Shown here: positions 39,809 to 53,264 of the stretch, piece after piece
Numbering within the stretch: the first letter of the stretch is position 1
How the letters are laid out: the number at the start of each line of letters is the position of its first letter
NCBI GenBank assembly: GCA_964016885.1
Contig: OZ024741.1
Span: 172,112,001-172,176,000 of the forward strand
Direction: 5' to 3'
Origin: Eledone cirrhosa
Lineage: Eukaryota
DNA: 64,000 nt
Notes under the pieces: generated by a model
What the model was told of the DNA's origin: nothing
What the model saw: only the letters and a program-made list of their open reading frames with translations
Database searches by the model: none
Position numbers and translations under genes: made by a program

Positions 39809-42800
39809 ATGACCTCACTCAGAATAGGCAGCATAAATGCGCGTGGCTTGGGGTCGTCATGGAAGCAGGGCCACCTGCTCAACGACCTCAGGTCACTAAA
39901 CATAGATGTAGTGGCCATCAGCGAGACCAGAATCTCCGAAGCACAGGCTTTCGCACCGATCTTCGGCGGCTACGATGTGTACGCATCTCCCAGCCGTCCG
40001 GGATCGAGGGGAGGAGTTGCTGTGCTTTTTCGGAGAGGTTTGGATCTTGCCATACGGGCCATCTTCCTGGACCCAGAAGGTAAGTTGGTGGTGCTGGACG
40101 TGACCAGCGGAGACGGGCAAGCTTTCAGGTTAGTGGCCGTCTATGCCCCGACAGGAGCAGGGCGGCCTGATTTCTTCCGGCGTCTGGAGACCTTTCTTTG
40201 AACGTCCCGCTCTTTAGTGTTAGTGGGCGACTGGAACGGGATCTTAGATGCACGCTGGGATTGTGTGGGATTAGTGGATAGGGAGGAGGGTGCAAGAGTC
40301 TCACCAACCTGCTCAGAGGTTTTGAACTGTCTGACAGGTACCGAATGGATTTCCCGAATGTACCAATGTGGTCTTGGACAAACCGCATAAGGTCATCCAG
40401 ATCATATCTAGATAGATTATTTTGCAGGGAAATAGATAGGTCTAGCATAGGCTGTCCACAATTCAAGATAGTCAGCTACACGGACCACAAATTCGTGATC
40501 TGTGTGCTTGACTTAGATAGGCTTCATAGGCGAGGACCCGGCTACTGGAAGCTAAACGCGTCCTTACCAGCGCGCAAGGCCTACAGAGACCGGATTAGCG
40601 AACTAGTTAAGCGGGCGTTGACGGGGGCCATCGTCAACAACAAGTGGTGGTTTGCTCTGAAAAGAGCAATTAGAATAGAGTCCATTAGGTTTAGTAAGAA
40701 TTTAGCAATAGAGAAAAATAGAGCAGAGGGAGAATTAGTTAGAAAATTAGCTGAGGCGCTTAGCAAAGGCATCGCGACCGACGTACTTGCGGCGAAATTG
40801 GCCCTTGACCAATTCTTCAATGCAAAGCACGAAGGCTGCGTTGTCAGAGCTAGGGTGCGTGCTCTCAGACACGAGGGGACGAAAGCCGTTCAATGGGCCC
40901 GAGTGGCGGAGGCGCGTCGTGGCAACAAAGCCACGATCCGGTCTTTGGTGGACCACGACGGGCGCATGCTACTCGATCCCGGGCAAATGTGTGAAGCTTT
41001 TCAGCGACACTTCGCTCAACTGTTCGGGGGCAGTGGCGGGCCGGATCGAGGGATGGACTTTAGTGTCTACCTCGACGGACTGCCGCGGCTTTCGGCCACT
41101 GGGGCGGAGTGCTGCGAAAAGCCGATAACAACCGCTGAAGTACGGGATGCAATGACTAGTTGCACAAGGGGTAAATCGCCTGGTTTGGATGGTCTGCCCT
41201 ATGAACTTTACGTACAAATTCCAAACTTGTTCGGAGGCCTCTTGGCGGACGTCTACTGCAACTGGCAACAGAACGGGAGAATTCCCAGCTCTGTGAGCCG
41301 AGGAGCGGTGGCGCTGCTGAGAAAGGATCCGAACAAGGGGGATAACATAGATAATTTTAGGCCCATAACTCTGCTAAACACAGAGTTCAAGATTTTGGCC
41401 AAGGTGCTAGCAAAGAGGGTGGCGCTTGTCGTTGGTGGTCTGGTGGGAGAGGCACAGACATGCGCCATTCCCGACAGATCCATCCACGACAACCTCCACC
41501 TCATGCGATACATCGTAGAGAGGGTAGCTAGGGAACCTGGCACGGGTGGGTCTTTGATCAATTTAGATCAGTCGAAAGCCTTCGATAGGGTCGACCATCG
41601 TTACCTAGCGGCAGTCCTGAGGGCGGCTGGCTTTGGGCCCGTCTTCAGAGGCTGGATCGCTGCCAAGCACAGCGACATCTGCTCTGTAGTGAGAGTGAAC
41701 GGTCACCTTTCGGAACCGTTCAACATCATGCGCTCGGTCCGCCAAGGATGTCCCCTCTCGTCCCTATTCTACGTATTGACTCTCGAGCCATTACTGCACA
41801 AACCGGAGACGTTGAGGGGGGTCCCGCGCGAACTAGGATGCGGAAGATCCGTGTCAGCATATGCCGACGATGTCACCGTAGTGGTGTCGAACGCCAAACA
41901 CATCGAGGCGATCGGCACTACATTAAGAGAATACGAAGCGGTGACAGGAGCAATGATCAAACAGGAAAAGTCAGTGGGCCTGCAGCTCGGCACCTGGAGA
42001 GGCAGGTCCATGCCGTCCAACAGCGTCGTCGGGCGCTGGACGGACCGGTTAAATTGCTAGGAGTCTGGTTCGGTCCAGACCTCCAGACGGACAAAAACTG
42101 GGACGAGGTGACGAGCAGGGTGGCTTCTCTCACCCAGAAATGGGCCGAGAGAAAGCTATTCCTGAAAGGTCGAGCGGAGGTGGCGAATGCGTACATCGCA
42201 TCCGTCATCTACTACCGCCTGACCGTCGTACCTTGTCCTAAGCTCCGCCTGACTGCGCTGGAGCGTTTGCTGTTTCGCTTCTTGTGGAAGGGACGCGCTC
42301 CGATGGTCAGGCGGTCCATCTGCTGTCAACACCCGCTACGTGGAGGGCTGGGCATGCCGAGGCTGATGATGCGCAGACACGCGCTCAGGCTACGACATCT
42401 CCACCTCTTCCTCGACGGTGATCAAGTGTGGTCGCCGTTTGCTAGACACGTTTTTCCTCAGCTCGTCTCCTTGACGGAGCTGCAGTCCTGGGTCAAGCGA
42501 AGACCGAGAGGGAGCGCTTGGAGACTGGAATGTCTTCAGGTGCTCACAGCCCTCGACCAATCGGGCAATGTGATCGGTGGAAACTCCACCTTGGCGTTCT
42601 ATAGGGGATTAGTGGAGGGGAAGAGCGACGACGTACTTGGAGAAACTCTAGGCGTCGACGAAAATCAACTAGCCAATCTCTTCGGAAGGACTTTCGGGCC
42701 GGGGCCTATGGACAACTTCCAGAAATCCCTGGCCTGGCAGTGCTACCGAGGAGCTTTGCCAGTTCGGGATAAACTCTACAGGCATGGAGGTGCCGTCAGC

Positions 42801-43223
42801 CGGGCATGTCCGAGATGCGCGCAGGGCGACGAAACCGTCCTGCACGCACTCGTCCAGTGTCCGAGCATTGCTGACTTGTGGGTTTATGTCGAACACCTGC
42901 TGTCACGTGTGGGACGGATCCAGCTATCAGCTGAGTCCATCGTGAGGATTGCCCCACCCCCTTCCTTTAGCCGGGAAGGGCAGGCAGTTTTTATCTGTCT
43001 GGTGGCCATGGCGAAAGAGATAGTATGGTGGACACGTTTGAAAGGGCTGAAGACGAGCACTTACCTCTTCGGTGATGCCCTGATTAACTTTTTCAAATTT
43101 CATTTGAAAAGGAAAATCAGGGTAGAGAGGGAAGTGCTCTCTTCCCAGCATTTTGTTGAAAGATGGGTGAGAGAAGCAAGTATGGCCCGAATGAATGGGC
43201 CTTCTCTGAGTATGTGTCTGTAA
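39809..43223 (+). pseudogene. L1/Tx1 ORF2 (APE, RT, CCHC) with one stop and two frameshifts
   Basis: SINARGL, AISET, VYAP, TDH, WKLN, KSPGLDGLP, FRPITLLN, DQSKAFDRV, VRQGCPLS, YADD, CPRC..DETVLHALVQC; stop at 40199-40201, shifts near 40290 and 42045. Confidence 0.92.
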
Positions 43224-43503
43224 ATTAAAGGTGGAAAACTGGGAGAGGGCACTTGCCCTGGTCGTCAGGGCCACTGTGGTCTTTTAATGGGCTTTCTCCA
43301 CAGATGTCCCTCGGAAGTCTCCCCCCTATTGGGGAATTTTTCTTTGTTATTTTATTTCAACCTCTGTTTTTTTACACGCAGAAATGCCTATTTGTGCCGT
43401 CCTGTATTGTCCTGTACTGTCCTTAATGTCTACTTTATGTAAACCCTTGTGGTTAATAAAGAAAACATTATTATTATTATTATTATTATTAATATTATTA
43501 TTA

Positions 43504-44990
43504 TTTGAAACTTCTTTTTAGTTCTGCTTCTTTCCAAATCATGCCGAGTGTCAACCTTGCACCTGAGGCAAAATTTGATAATACAAACATTTTAGAATCA
43601 ATTGTCAGACAAATGATGCCACATGGGCACAAACAACGGTAAATGATCCTGTATGAATGCTTTAGCTGGATCATTCCTCTACCTCCAATTTGTCTAGGTA
43701 GATAGAAGCGATCCACATCTACTTTGTGTGATGTATTCTATTAAAGGTCAAACGTTTCCTGATTTTGGTGTTCATTTTCTTAATTTCGTTAACGGTCCAA
43801 TTTATAATATTGAAACTCTTGGTGCATTTATAGAAGATCATTTATTTCTCGAGTTAAGCTCTGTTTTCATGATAGCACGTTCTTTCCGGTAGAATTCCTT
43901 CTTCTCTTTCCTGATTCTCTCTTTCATGCTGGTGTGGTGAATACCTTGGCATTCATTGATCCCTAGATATATGTAGGCTTGTTCTAGTTCAGTAATTAGT
44001 GTATTCGCATCTATTTCTATTGAGTTCGTGCTTGTCATTCTGCTTTTATTGAATGTTGCTTTGGTGCATTTTTCCAGTTCAAACTCCAACCCCACATCAT
44101 CGCTGAACACCTTGACTCTCTTCAGCAGTCTTTCCAGTTCCTTGTCATACAGCTTAAAGTCATCCATGTACAACAGGTGATTTATTATTTTTACTGTCTA
44201 TTTTGTAGCCATATTTTGTATTGTTGAGTGCTAAAAACAGCGGTGTGAGTACAATGCAAAATATCAGAGGAAAAAACGAAACCCCCTGAAAAATACCACA
44301 GTTAATACTTATGTTGCTGGAATTTATAGTTCCATCACTGTGTGACAGTGATAGATTTGTATTCCATATAGACATGTATTTCAGGAAGTTTGTTATTACT
44401 GGGGAAATTTTCAGAAAATCCAAAGTTATCAAAGTTTATGCGTGGAGAACACTCTCAAATGCTTTCTTATAGCCAATTCAAGAAGTACCCATATTTCTAT
44501 ACTTTTTTATGACAGTTTTCCAAAATCATACGGTTAATGAGAAGCTGGTTTTTGTACCCGTAAGACCCACGGCGATAACCTTTCTGCTCAATAGGAAATA
44601 GATGATTTTCATCCATAAATTTGTAGGTTGTCAGTCAAGACTGATGTGAGAACTTTGTATGAAGTGATCGGACGATAATGTTTTGGGGTATTTGTCTCTT
44701 TCGACTTTGGCAATAGATATGTTATACCTTGTGCAAACCAATCAGGATTTTTTTCAGGGTTGTGCATAACTTCGTTATAACCATTTGCCAACATATGATG
44801 GGTAGAAGTTAGAGAAGCTAACCAGAAGTTTGGCACTTTATCAACCTCTGGAGATTTCCATTTGTTTACTTTCTTCAGTGTCAACAGTTCTTCCATATTT
44901 ACGTCTTGCCAAGTTTGTCTTTCTAAATTATTGTATGTTTCTTCAGTGTTCTTTATCAATTCTGCATTTGCATTATGTGTTTTTCACAAA
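43504..44990 (-). pseudogene. Degenerate R4/Dong-type RT remnant
   Basis: WKSPEVDKVPNFW, YRPIT, GIFQG, YMDD, RFYLPRQIGGRG. Confidence 0.85.
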
Positions 44991-45029
44991 CCGCCGGGAA
45001 GTGAGTAAACCTATCCTCTCTCTTTTAGC

Positions 45030-47245
45030 CTGCTAACCTAGCCATCCTAAGAGTAGGCTGTTTAAATGTTCATGGCCTGGGATCTTCCTAGTTAACAGGT
45101 TCGCCTGCTGAACAACTTCAGGACATTAAATATGGACGTGATTGCCGTCGGCAAGACCAGGATTTCCGACACGCATGCACTAGCACCCATTTTCGATGAC
45201 TATTAGATCTTCGCATCTGTTAATCGGTCGGAAAGAGAGGTGGGGTGGCAGTACTGGAGAGGCCTGGATCTCGAGGTTAGGTCGATCATCGGGGAGGTGA
45301 ACAATAGCGAAGCTGGTGCCTTTAGATTAGAGGTCGTATATTCCCCGACCGGGGCCGAACAGCCGGGCATGTTTAGGTGCCTGGAAGTCTTTCTGGGGAC
45401 GTTTCGACCTTTACTATTAGCGGGGGACTGTGCCTATATCCAGGTTAATTTGAAGAGAAGGGTGCCGTTTCCCGTGTTCCACCTGAGCGTCTGGGAGGAA
45501 GGGTTTGTATTGGCGAGGTACTTGAGTTACCCTGGCTGGTGCTCCCTCCTATTGGAGAATTTATTTTGTTATATTTTAATTGTTATATGTTATTGTTAAT
45601 TGTTTTTGCTAATTTGTTTTTTTACTCGATATGTCGGCCTTTGTGACCAATAAATGAAGCAATCCCAACCAGGTACATGACAACCTCCATCTCATTCGAT
45701 AGGTCATAGAGAGGGTAGGGTGTAAACCTGGCTTCGGTGGGGCTCTGATCAATTTAGATCAATCGAAAGATTTCGAGAGGGTGGCCCATCGATACATGGA
45801 GGCTCTCCTCAAGGCAGTAGGCTTCGGTCCCGTCTTCTAAGGCTGGATCGCTGCAATACACAGCGGAATCTGCTCGGTGGTCAAAGTAAATAGCCATCTC
45901 TCGACGGACGGACCGGTGAAGTTGCTCGAGGTCTTGTTTGAACCAGTCCTCCAGGTGGATAATAACTGGAACAAGGTAATGAGCAGGATGGCCATCTCAC
46001 CCAGAAATATCCCGAGAGGAAAATATCCATGAATGGATTGGTGGTGGTCAACGCGTACATTGCATCCGTCATCTTTTACCGCCTGACGATTGTGTGCTGA
46101 CCCCGCCGCACTTCACTCACTAAATTGGAACTTTTGTAATTAAACTTCTTATGGAAGCGAAAGCTTCCATTGCTGAAGCAGCCCATCTGCTACGAACACA
46201 TTCTATTCGGAGGGCTGGACATGCCGCGGCTGATGATCCGAAAACCTGTGCTGAGGTCAGTACATCTTCAGATATTTTTAGACAGGGAATAGGTGTGGTC
46301 TCCGTTTGTGAGACATGTCTTTCTACAGCTAGTCTCTTTGACTGTGGAAACCGCACTCTAGATTTATATAGAGACTTAGTTGTGGGCACGTGTGACGACG
46401 CTCTCAGAGAGGCTCTGGGCGTCGACGAAATCGAACTGACGAAGTCTGTTCCGAAAGACTTTCGAGTCGGGAACTTTGGATAATTTCCAGAAATCCCTCG
46501 CTTGGCATGGCAATGCTATGGTGGAGAGGGACACTGCCAAGCCAGATCAACTCTACAGGCACGGAAATGCTGTCAGACGGATCAGTCCGAGATGCACGCA
46601 GAACGACGAAATCGTTCTGCACGCACTCGTTCAGTATCCATGCCTTACTGACTTGTGGAGTTATGTCGAACAACTGTTATCGTGTATGGGAAGGATCCGG
46701 CTATCGACCAAGTCCATTATGAGGATCATCTCGTCACCTTCTTTTGGCTTCGAAATAGAGGCAGTTTTCCTTTGCCTGATGGATGTATTGAAAGGGGTTC
46801 TGTGGTAGACGGGGCTGAAAGGACTTAAAACAGATACCTTTCTCTTCGGCTAATCCCTCAACAAATATTTCAATTTTCACTTGGAAAGGAAGATAAGGAT
46901 GGAGAGAAATGTGCTGCCATCACCCCCACCCTAGTACATTTGCTAAAATGTGAGTGAAAGTTATTATGAAGGGTCAATGTGAATGGGTTTACTCTGACCA
47001 TGTGCACGTAAGCTGGCTGATTTGGAGAGGAGAGGGGTGACCTTTACGTGTACTCTCGGTGTGTCGGATGGTTCACGATTGGTGCGGTTCCTGAGTCACT
47101 CATGAATGGTTCTGCCGCACTATTGGGAAATTTGTGTGGTTCCAAATTATATTGTTTACTCTATTTATCTGTAAAATCCCTACTGTCCCCATCTTTGTAT
47201 TGTCCTCTATGTTCGGCCCTTGTGGCCGATAATAAAGAAACCATT
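45030..47245 (+). pseudogene. Internally deleted, degenerate L1/Tx1 relative
   Basis: Blocks collinear with 39809-43465 (NLDQSK, DNFQKSLAW, RC..DEIVLHALVQ) and a similar 3' end. Confidence 0.85.
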
Positions 47246-47660
47246 GCAGCATTATCGGTAGAGCATCAGACACCATGCTTTGCAACATAGAGATATGTCC
47301 CATTACGATCTGAGTTCAAATCCTGCCGATATTAACTTTGCCTTTCTTCTTTACGGGGTCGATAAAATAAAGTACCAGTAATGCACTGGGTTAGATTTAA
47401 TCGACTTTCCTCTCGCCCAAATTTGCTGGCCTTGTGCCTATAGTAGAAACCATTATTATTATTTTTCATTCAGTTGACTTTGCCTTTCATCCTTACGGGG
47501 TCGATAAAATAAAGTACCAGTAATGCACTGGATAATTGCTGGCCTTGTGCCTAAAGTAGAAACAAGTATAATATTTACCAACCAAACAATAATTGTTTCT
47601 ACTATAGGCACAAGGCCAGCAAGTATCCCAGTTCATGCCTAAAGTAGAAACAATTATTAT
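47246..47660 (+). mobile_element. Cluster of tRNA-SINE pieces (full copy, 3' half, short inverted 3' ends)
   Basis: Cores at 47335-47380 and 47478-47520; reversed tail at 47590-47622. Confidence 0.85.
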
Positions 47661-47874
47661 TTTTCATTCAGCTTTTTTTAATTATGTTTATTTTTACATT
47701 TGTGTATTTCTACTTCGGTACCTCTTATGGTTTCTTGAAATTGATGAGTTCCATTTTCCTTTAGGAAAAAAAAATTATAACGTTGCGTTTCTTTTTATTT
47801 TGCAACCCAAAACTCAATCACAGCATCACCACATTCTAATTGACTCCTATCTAATTGTTCTCTTAAAACGCCTT

Positions 47875-47953
<79 letters not shown>

Positions 47954-48018
47954 TAAATATCTTGCTTAGATGAACGAAAATTGTACTGAATACATCAATA
48001 TACGTCTACTTATTGCAG

Positions 48019-48060
<42 letters not shown>

Positions 48061-48064
<4 letters not shown>

Positions 48065-48470
48065 GGAAATTTAGTAAAATAGAATCTCTGACGGTTTGCA
48101 AGCAAATTCGGCCTACTTATATGAAATGATGAGTTAGCAAAGCACTCGATAAGTTAGGTCCTTAGAGTAATAACATGCGTTTAAATAGCTTGACAAATCG
48201 AACATTGTGGTAGGCAAAGTAACGATAGAACTAACAGGTTGAAAAAAATACACCTGGACAAATCAAACGATTATACGTTTAAAGTGTTTCCTTGATTCCG
48301 AAATCAAATATCAGACTTACGTGACTGGCAAGATCGTGGTATTCATGATCGAACGGAGGATTCAGTTTTTCAACAGGCTTTTCGTTCTACCCAGAACAGA
48401 GGTGATAGGCTAAATGTTGGTGCTAAATGCGGCGTTTCGTATCTATAGCTGTCACGTGTTAATTCAAGCA
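48061..48470 (-). mobile_element. Degenerate pLTR-like element between (TA)n tracts
   Basis: Decayed hammerhead (CTGATAT-TTGATT tcgg AATCAA g-GAAA) at about 48280-48320; GCACTC...GAGTA stem at 48142-48169. Confidence 0.45.
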
Positions 48471-48473
48471 TGG

Positions 48474-48610
<137 letters not shown>

Positions 48611-48638
48611 GTATATATGTATATATATGTATATATAT

Positions 48639-48733
<95 letters not shown>

Positions 48734-48756
48734 CATATATATATATATAGACATAC

Positions 48757-48785
<29 letters not shown>

Positions 48786-48787
<2 letters not shown>

Positions 48788-49048
48788 TTAATAAGAGGAA
48801 TTCCAACTTTGTCTGATTTACTCGTTTTATTTACAATCCTTTAACATTTATAACGGTATTATAATGAAATAGTATGATAGAATATTAAATGTTAAGTTTT
48901 AATTGAACAAGTACTTTCATGCTTTCGCAATCTTCAGGTTCATAATGTGTGGTGACAGTCAAGTTTGCAATCTCCAACTGTGAAGATTTAAAGGATTGTA
49001 AATAAAACGAGTAAATCAGACAAAGTTGGAATTCCTCTTATTAATATA
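48786..49048. mobile_element. 263-bp element with about 60-bp terminal inverted repeats enclosing a hammerhead
   Basis: 48786-48844 is the reverse complement of 48988-49046. Confidence 0.85.
48904..48942 (-). ncRNA. Minimal type I hammerhead ribozyme
   Basis: TGAAC-CTGAAGA-tTGC gaaa GCAt-GAAA-GTAC-TT-GTTCA. Confidence 0.9.
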
Positions 49049-49085
49049 ATCTTCTATACACAATCTTACACACCCGTGTATATTT

Positions 49086-49176
<91 letters not shown>

Positions 49177-49430
49177 CATATATACACATACATATATATG
49201 TATGTATATATATATGTGTGTGTGAATAATTATATATATTTCTATGTATAAGTATATATACATGACTGACATACAAACATGAACAGGAGCAGTATAATGT
49301 TAGTTGATCTGCGTAAGATATTTAATCACTGACTCAGTATGTAGTGGGAATTGGAGAATGATCTATGTACTGGGAATTGGAGAATGATCTATGAATATTT
49401 ACCACAGCAAACACACACACACACACAAGC

Positions 49431-49486
<56 letters not shown>

Positions 49487-50089
49487 ATTCATATATTGTA
49501 AAATTTGGTGTAATCTTCGTGTAAAGTGTAGTAGAGGCAGGGATCAAGTTGTGTCTGGATGGTCAACCTGAAATTGTATGTATGTGTCAATGTTTTCAAA
49601 TATGTTGTAAATTTTGATGGCTTATCCACGTTCCTAAAGAGGAGCAAGACCGGCAGATGGTGTATGCCGTGCGCCCCAACTGATCCATGAACTTGATGAT
49701 CGGCAGGACTGATTGACTTGATCCCATAGGAAGTTTTGAAATGCGTTTTTAAACGGAGCCCTCAAACTGCAAAATGTTGTTGCACATTACGATAGAGCGC
49801 ACTTTGCGGTTATCAGCAGCAGTGAGCTCAAAGCAATAGCTGTCGGTAGTGGCAATGATGATGTGAGTAGCCGAGTCGATGGCCGAGTCAATGACCGAGT
49901 CGAAAAAGAAACGCCTCAGACACAAGTCCCAATGTAATGTAAATAAACATTACAAACGCAACCGTTGCTACAACACCAACAGTAGTACATACAACAGCAG
50001 AGTCCAGAGATCAAACGGAAATTACGAATATCATGATAGAACTACCTACAAAACTACTAACAAACCACGTGTAACCGATTTATCTGGCT

Positions 50090-51300
50090 CGTTATAATCT
50101 AAGAGAATTGGAATTACTAAGCTAAGAACCTAAATTCGTCGTTGGTCAACGCTACACCAAGAGGATAAAGCTTGATAGAGAGGCCAACGTCTGTAGAACG
50201 GCATACCAGTTAAAGTGTGTGACAGCTCTATCATCCATGCCTGCTACTACTACTACAGCTGTCACCACTACCACTGCCGTCCCCACCAGTGCCACCATTG
50301 CCATTACTACTACGACCTCTGTCAACGCTAACTTTGGTTCATTCCCCATATTCCACCCAGACAACCTATTCTAACCATGAATATAACGCTAAACTAGCCA
50401 AACTTAAGAATTCCATCTGTCAGATATTACAGAAGCACTCTTCACCCTCCAGCTATCTCAATAGGTCTTCGCTCACCACTCTAAGTAAAGTACGTTCAAA
50501 TAAATTAATACACCTCTCATCAGACAAAGGGAGATATTTCAGCATCATTGAGTAAAGCATTTACACACAACTAGCGCTAGAACACATTAACAACACAATT
50601 CTATATAGAAAGGTTATCAAAAACATCGCACTAAGCCAACTAGAGACCACCATTAACACCAACTAGACTGATATATATAACCACAGATGCCTCCCTAGTA
50701 AAATAAAACGCATCTTCATCAGTAAAAAATAATAAGATCCCCAACTTCTACCATTTTATCAAGACACATAAAACAGGACCGAACTTATAATTAGACCCAT
50801 TGTTTCTGGTAAAAACGGTCGTTTCTATAAAATTTCCTAGATTCTCTCCAAAACTTCTCAAACTTATCCGTCACACTTTCCCCGGATATGTAGACATATC
50901 ACAAGAAGTAGTCGACTTAACCCCCACCACACTTGGACAGAATAGGTACCCATTTAGTTTAGATGTAGTTTATCTCTACATCCCCTCCCCGTCCATTACC
51001 TTGATTACGGACATCATCACCTCTACCACAAAAAACAACACGCATCAATTCTCAGTGACATCATATACCGCAAAATAACGTCCACAGTTAATTTTACATC
51101 ACACTCAAGCCATCATCGGATACACCAAAAGAGTGACTCATTAACCCTGCCATTGCAGTGACATCAAATACCCAGAGTACTTCTTATAATACCCAGCAAT
51201 TGCTACGTTATGTCAAACAAGCTGTTACCATTAGGCTGCCCACAAATCCAGAAAGATATGTTGTCGCAGGTAAGACGTCCAGTCCTATTTATATCTGCAA
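50090..51300 (+). pseudogene. Degenerate Penelope-like RT remnant
   Basis: SDKG, KIPNFYHFIKTHK, IRPIVSG, YPFSLDVVYLY. Confidence 0.75.
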
Positions 51301-51679
51301 ACAAAGTTAAAACATACTGCACACCACGAGGTATGGACTGATTACTTCTCGGATCAAGGTATTTTGTACTTTATTGGAACTTATACAGGTATTTTGTACT
51401 TTACTGGAACTTATACAAAACGATTTCTCCGACGATTTGCTTTACGTTTTCTGTATCTCTATCAAAGTCGATAGTTGGTGATTGATAATCGATTGCTTAG
51501 ATCAATTTTCGCTTCGGTTTGAGAACTATGAAACGACGACCGCAAGGAATATAATAGCTTTTCCACTTTAAAGTATATACTGTTTCCTAAATATTGTATG
51601 ATTTATATGTGTACAAAATACTATTTGTTTTTCTAATGATATATGGCTCTCTCACTCCCTATATATACATATATATAAA

Positions 51680-51935
51680 TAAACAATGAGTTATATGCTT
51701 TGTTGATAAGTATTCAACAGAGTTATGTGTATAACACATATGAAGCACTCTACAATTATTTAAGTTGACGGTATGAGGTCTATTTTGGGGGGATATGTCA
51801 CTATCTTATACATCAAATATTGTATTTTACCCGATGAAAGCATACTATAAATTAGTATCCTAGAAATATATATAATGAATATATATATATGAATGTAATG
51901 AATATATATATATATTTCTAGTATCCTAGAATTTT
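51680..51935. mobile_element. Rearranged pLTR-like remnant with hammerhead-like CCGATGA...GAAATATATATA
   Basis: 51820-51880 resembles 22008-22076. Confidence 0.45.
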
Positions 51936-51981
51936 ATATAATATTTTCCCTTTATTACTATTATCATTATATATATATATA

Positions 51982-52117
51982 TGAATAAAGTGGTCCTTCA
52001 TCAGTGATCTTCCAACCATCATCGGTATAGCGAAGAAATACCGATGATGGTTGGAAGATCACTGATGAAGGACCACTTTATTCACATGTAACCCATTTGC
52101 AACAACGCAGCACGTTT
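51982..52117. repeat. Perfect 47-bp-arm hairpin with tail, related to family B
   Basis: Arms 51982-52028 and 52038-52084, 9-nt loop, TA flanks. Confidence 0.88.
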
Positions 52118-53264
52118 ATATATCTATATATTATATATATATATTATATAGATATATTCAACTCTCGATACTAACAAAAGAAAATTGTTTTAGTTATCTA
52201 ATGGGTTTGAAACTAAAGTTCATACTTATTTTCTCCAATGCATTAGTACAAAGGGATTTCAATTTTGAATTAGAATCGAGAAGCTATAAAATTTCCATTA
52301 AAAAAAATATTGTATATCAGTACTTCTCAAATGGTGCGCCGCAAGAGGTATCTAGGCACGTGTTAGTATGTATTTTCTAAAGACTTGAAATATATTTTTT
52401 TGAAATTCGTGGAACCCTTGATACACCTTGCAGCATATTATTTCAGAAACCTTAATGTAGCTTAGCCACAATTTGAATTCAAAATAGACTTTTCTGTATT
52501 GATGCATTTTGAAAAGAATATATGTATTTTAGTTTCAAAGCTATTAGATATCTTAAACATATTTTGTTGACACTACATTTCATATACAATGACATTAAAC
52601 ATACTATTATAATAACAAAATGCCTACCCCAAGCATAGTCGATAAGAAAATAGATACAGTCCACCACAAAATTCCCTTCAAAAACACTTAGATATTTTCT
52701 ACCAAAATCATTTCTAATACAAATTAGAGTGTCTTTGAATACCTGACAGCATATCATAGTGTATTGAGAAAACATTTCCTTAAACCTTTCTAACTATTTT
52801 CCATAAGAAATACATAATCTCGACTAAGCCAAAAAAAAAGAGTAATTGCCTCTTCTTCAGATTACAGCTTAATTTGCTTTCCTCCTTGTTTTTGTTTCCC
52901 GTTTGAAATAAGTAGCCATTCTGCTTTTTGATTAACAGCCAGACGGTGAAACTTGAATAGCATATTTTATAACATACGCACTGATTACACATATATATAT
53001 ATATACAAATAAACACACATATATGCTCGCACACACACAAACGCATACATACATGCATACATATATACATACATACATGCATATACAAAAGAAAACTACT
53101 ACACTCCCCGCCCATAAAGAATTACAAATTAATATAGAAATTATGTTTGTAGTCAGTATAAGCAGAGAAAATCTCCGATATGAGAAGAGCATAGTTGAAA
53201 GGAAAATGATTAATAAAAGTCCAACCGAAACCAAACATCACTCTATACAGATATGAGGAGCAAA

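Larger units (their letters stand above)
37563..43465 (+). mobile_element. Near full-length L1/Tx1-clade LINE flanked by (ATT)n
   Basis: 5'UTR, ORF1, ORF2, 3'UTR with AATAAA, then (ATT)n. Confidence 0.92.

Noticed and set aside
35601-44990. One Dong element split by the Tx1 insertion
   Set aside because: The two pieces overlap in the same RT region and are clearly diverged, so they are separate insertions.
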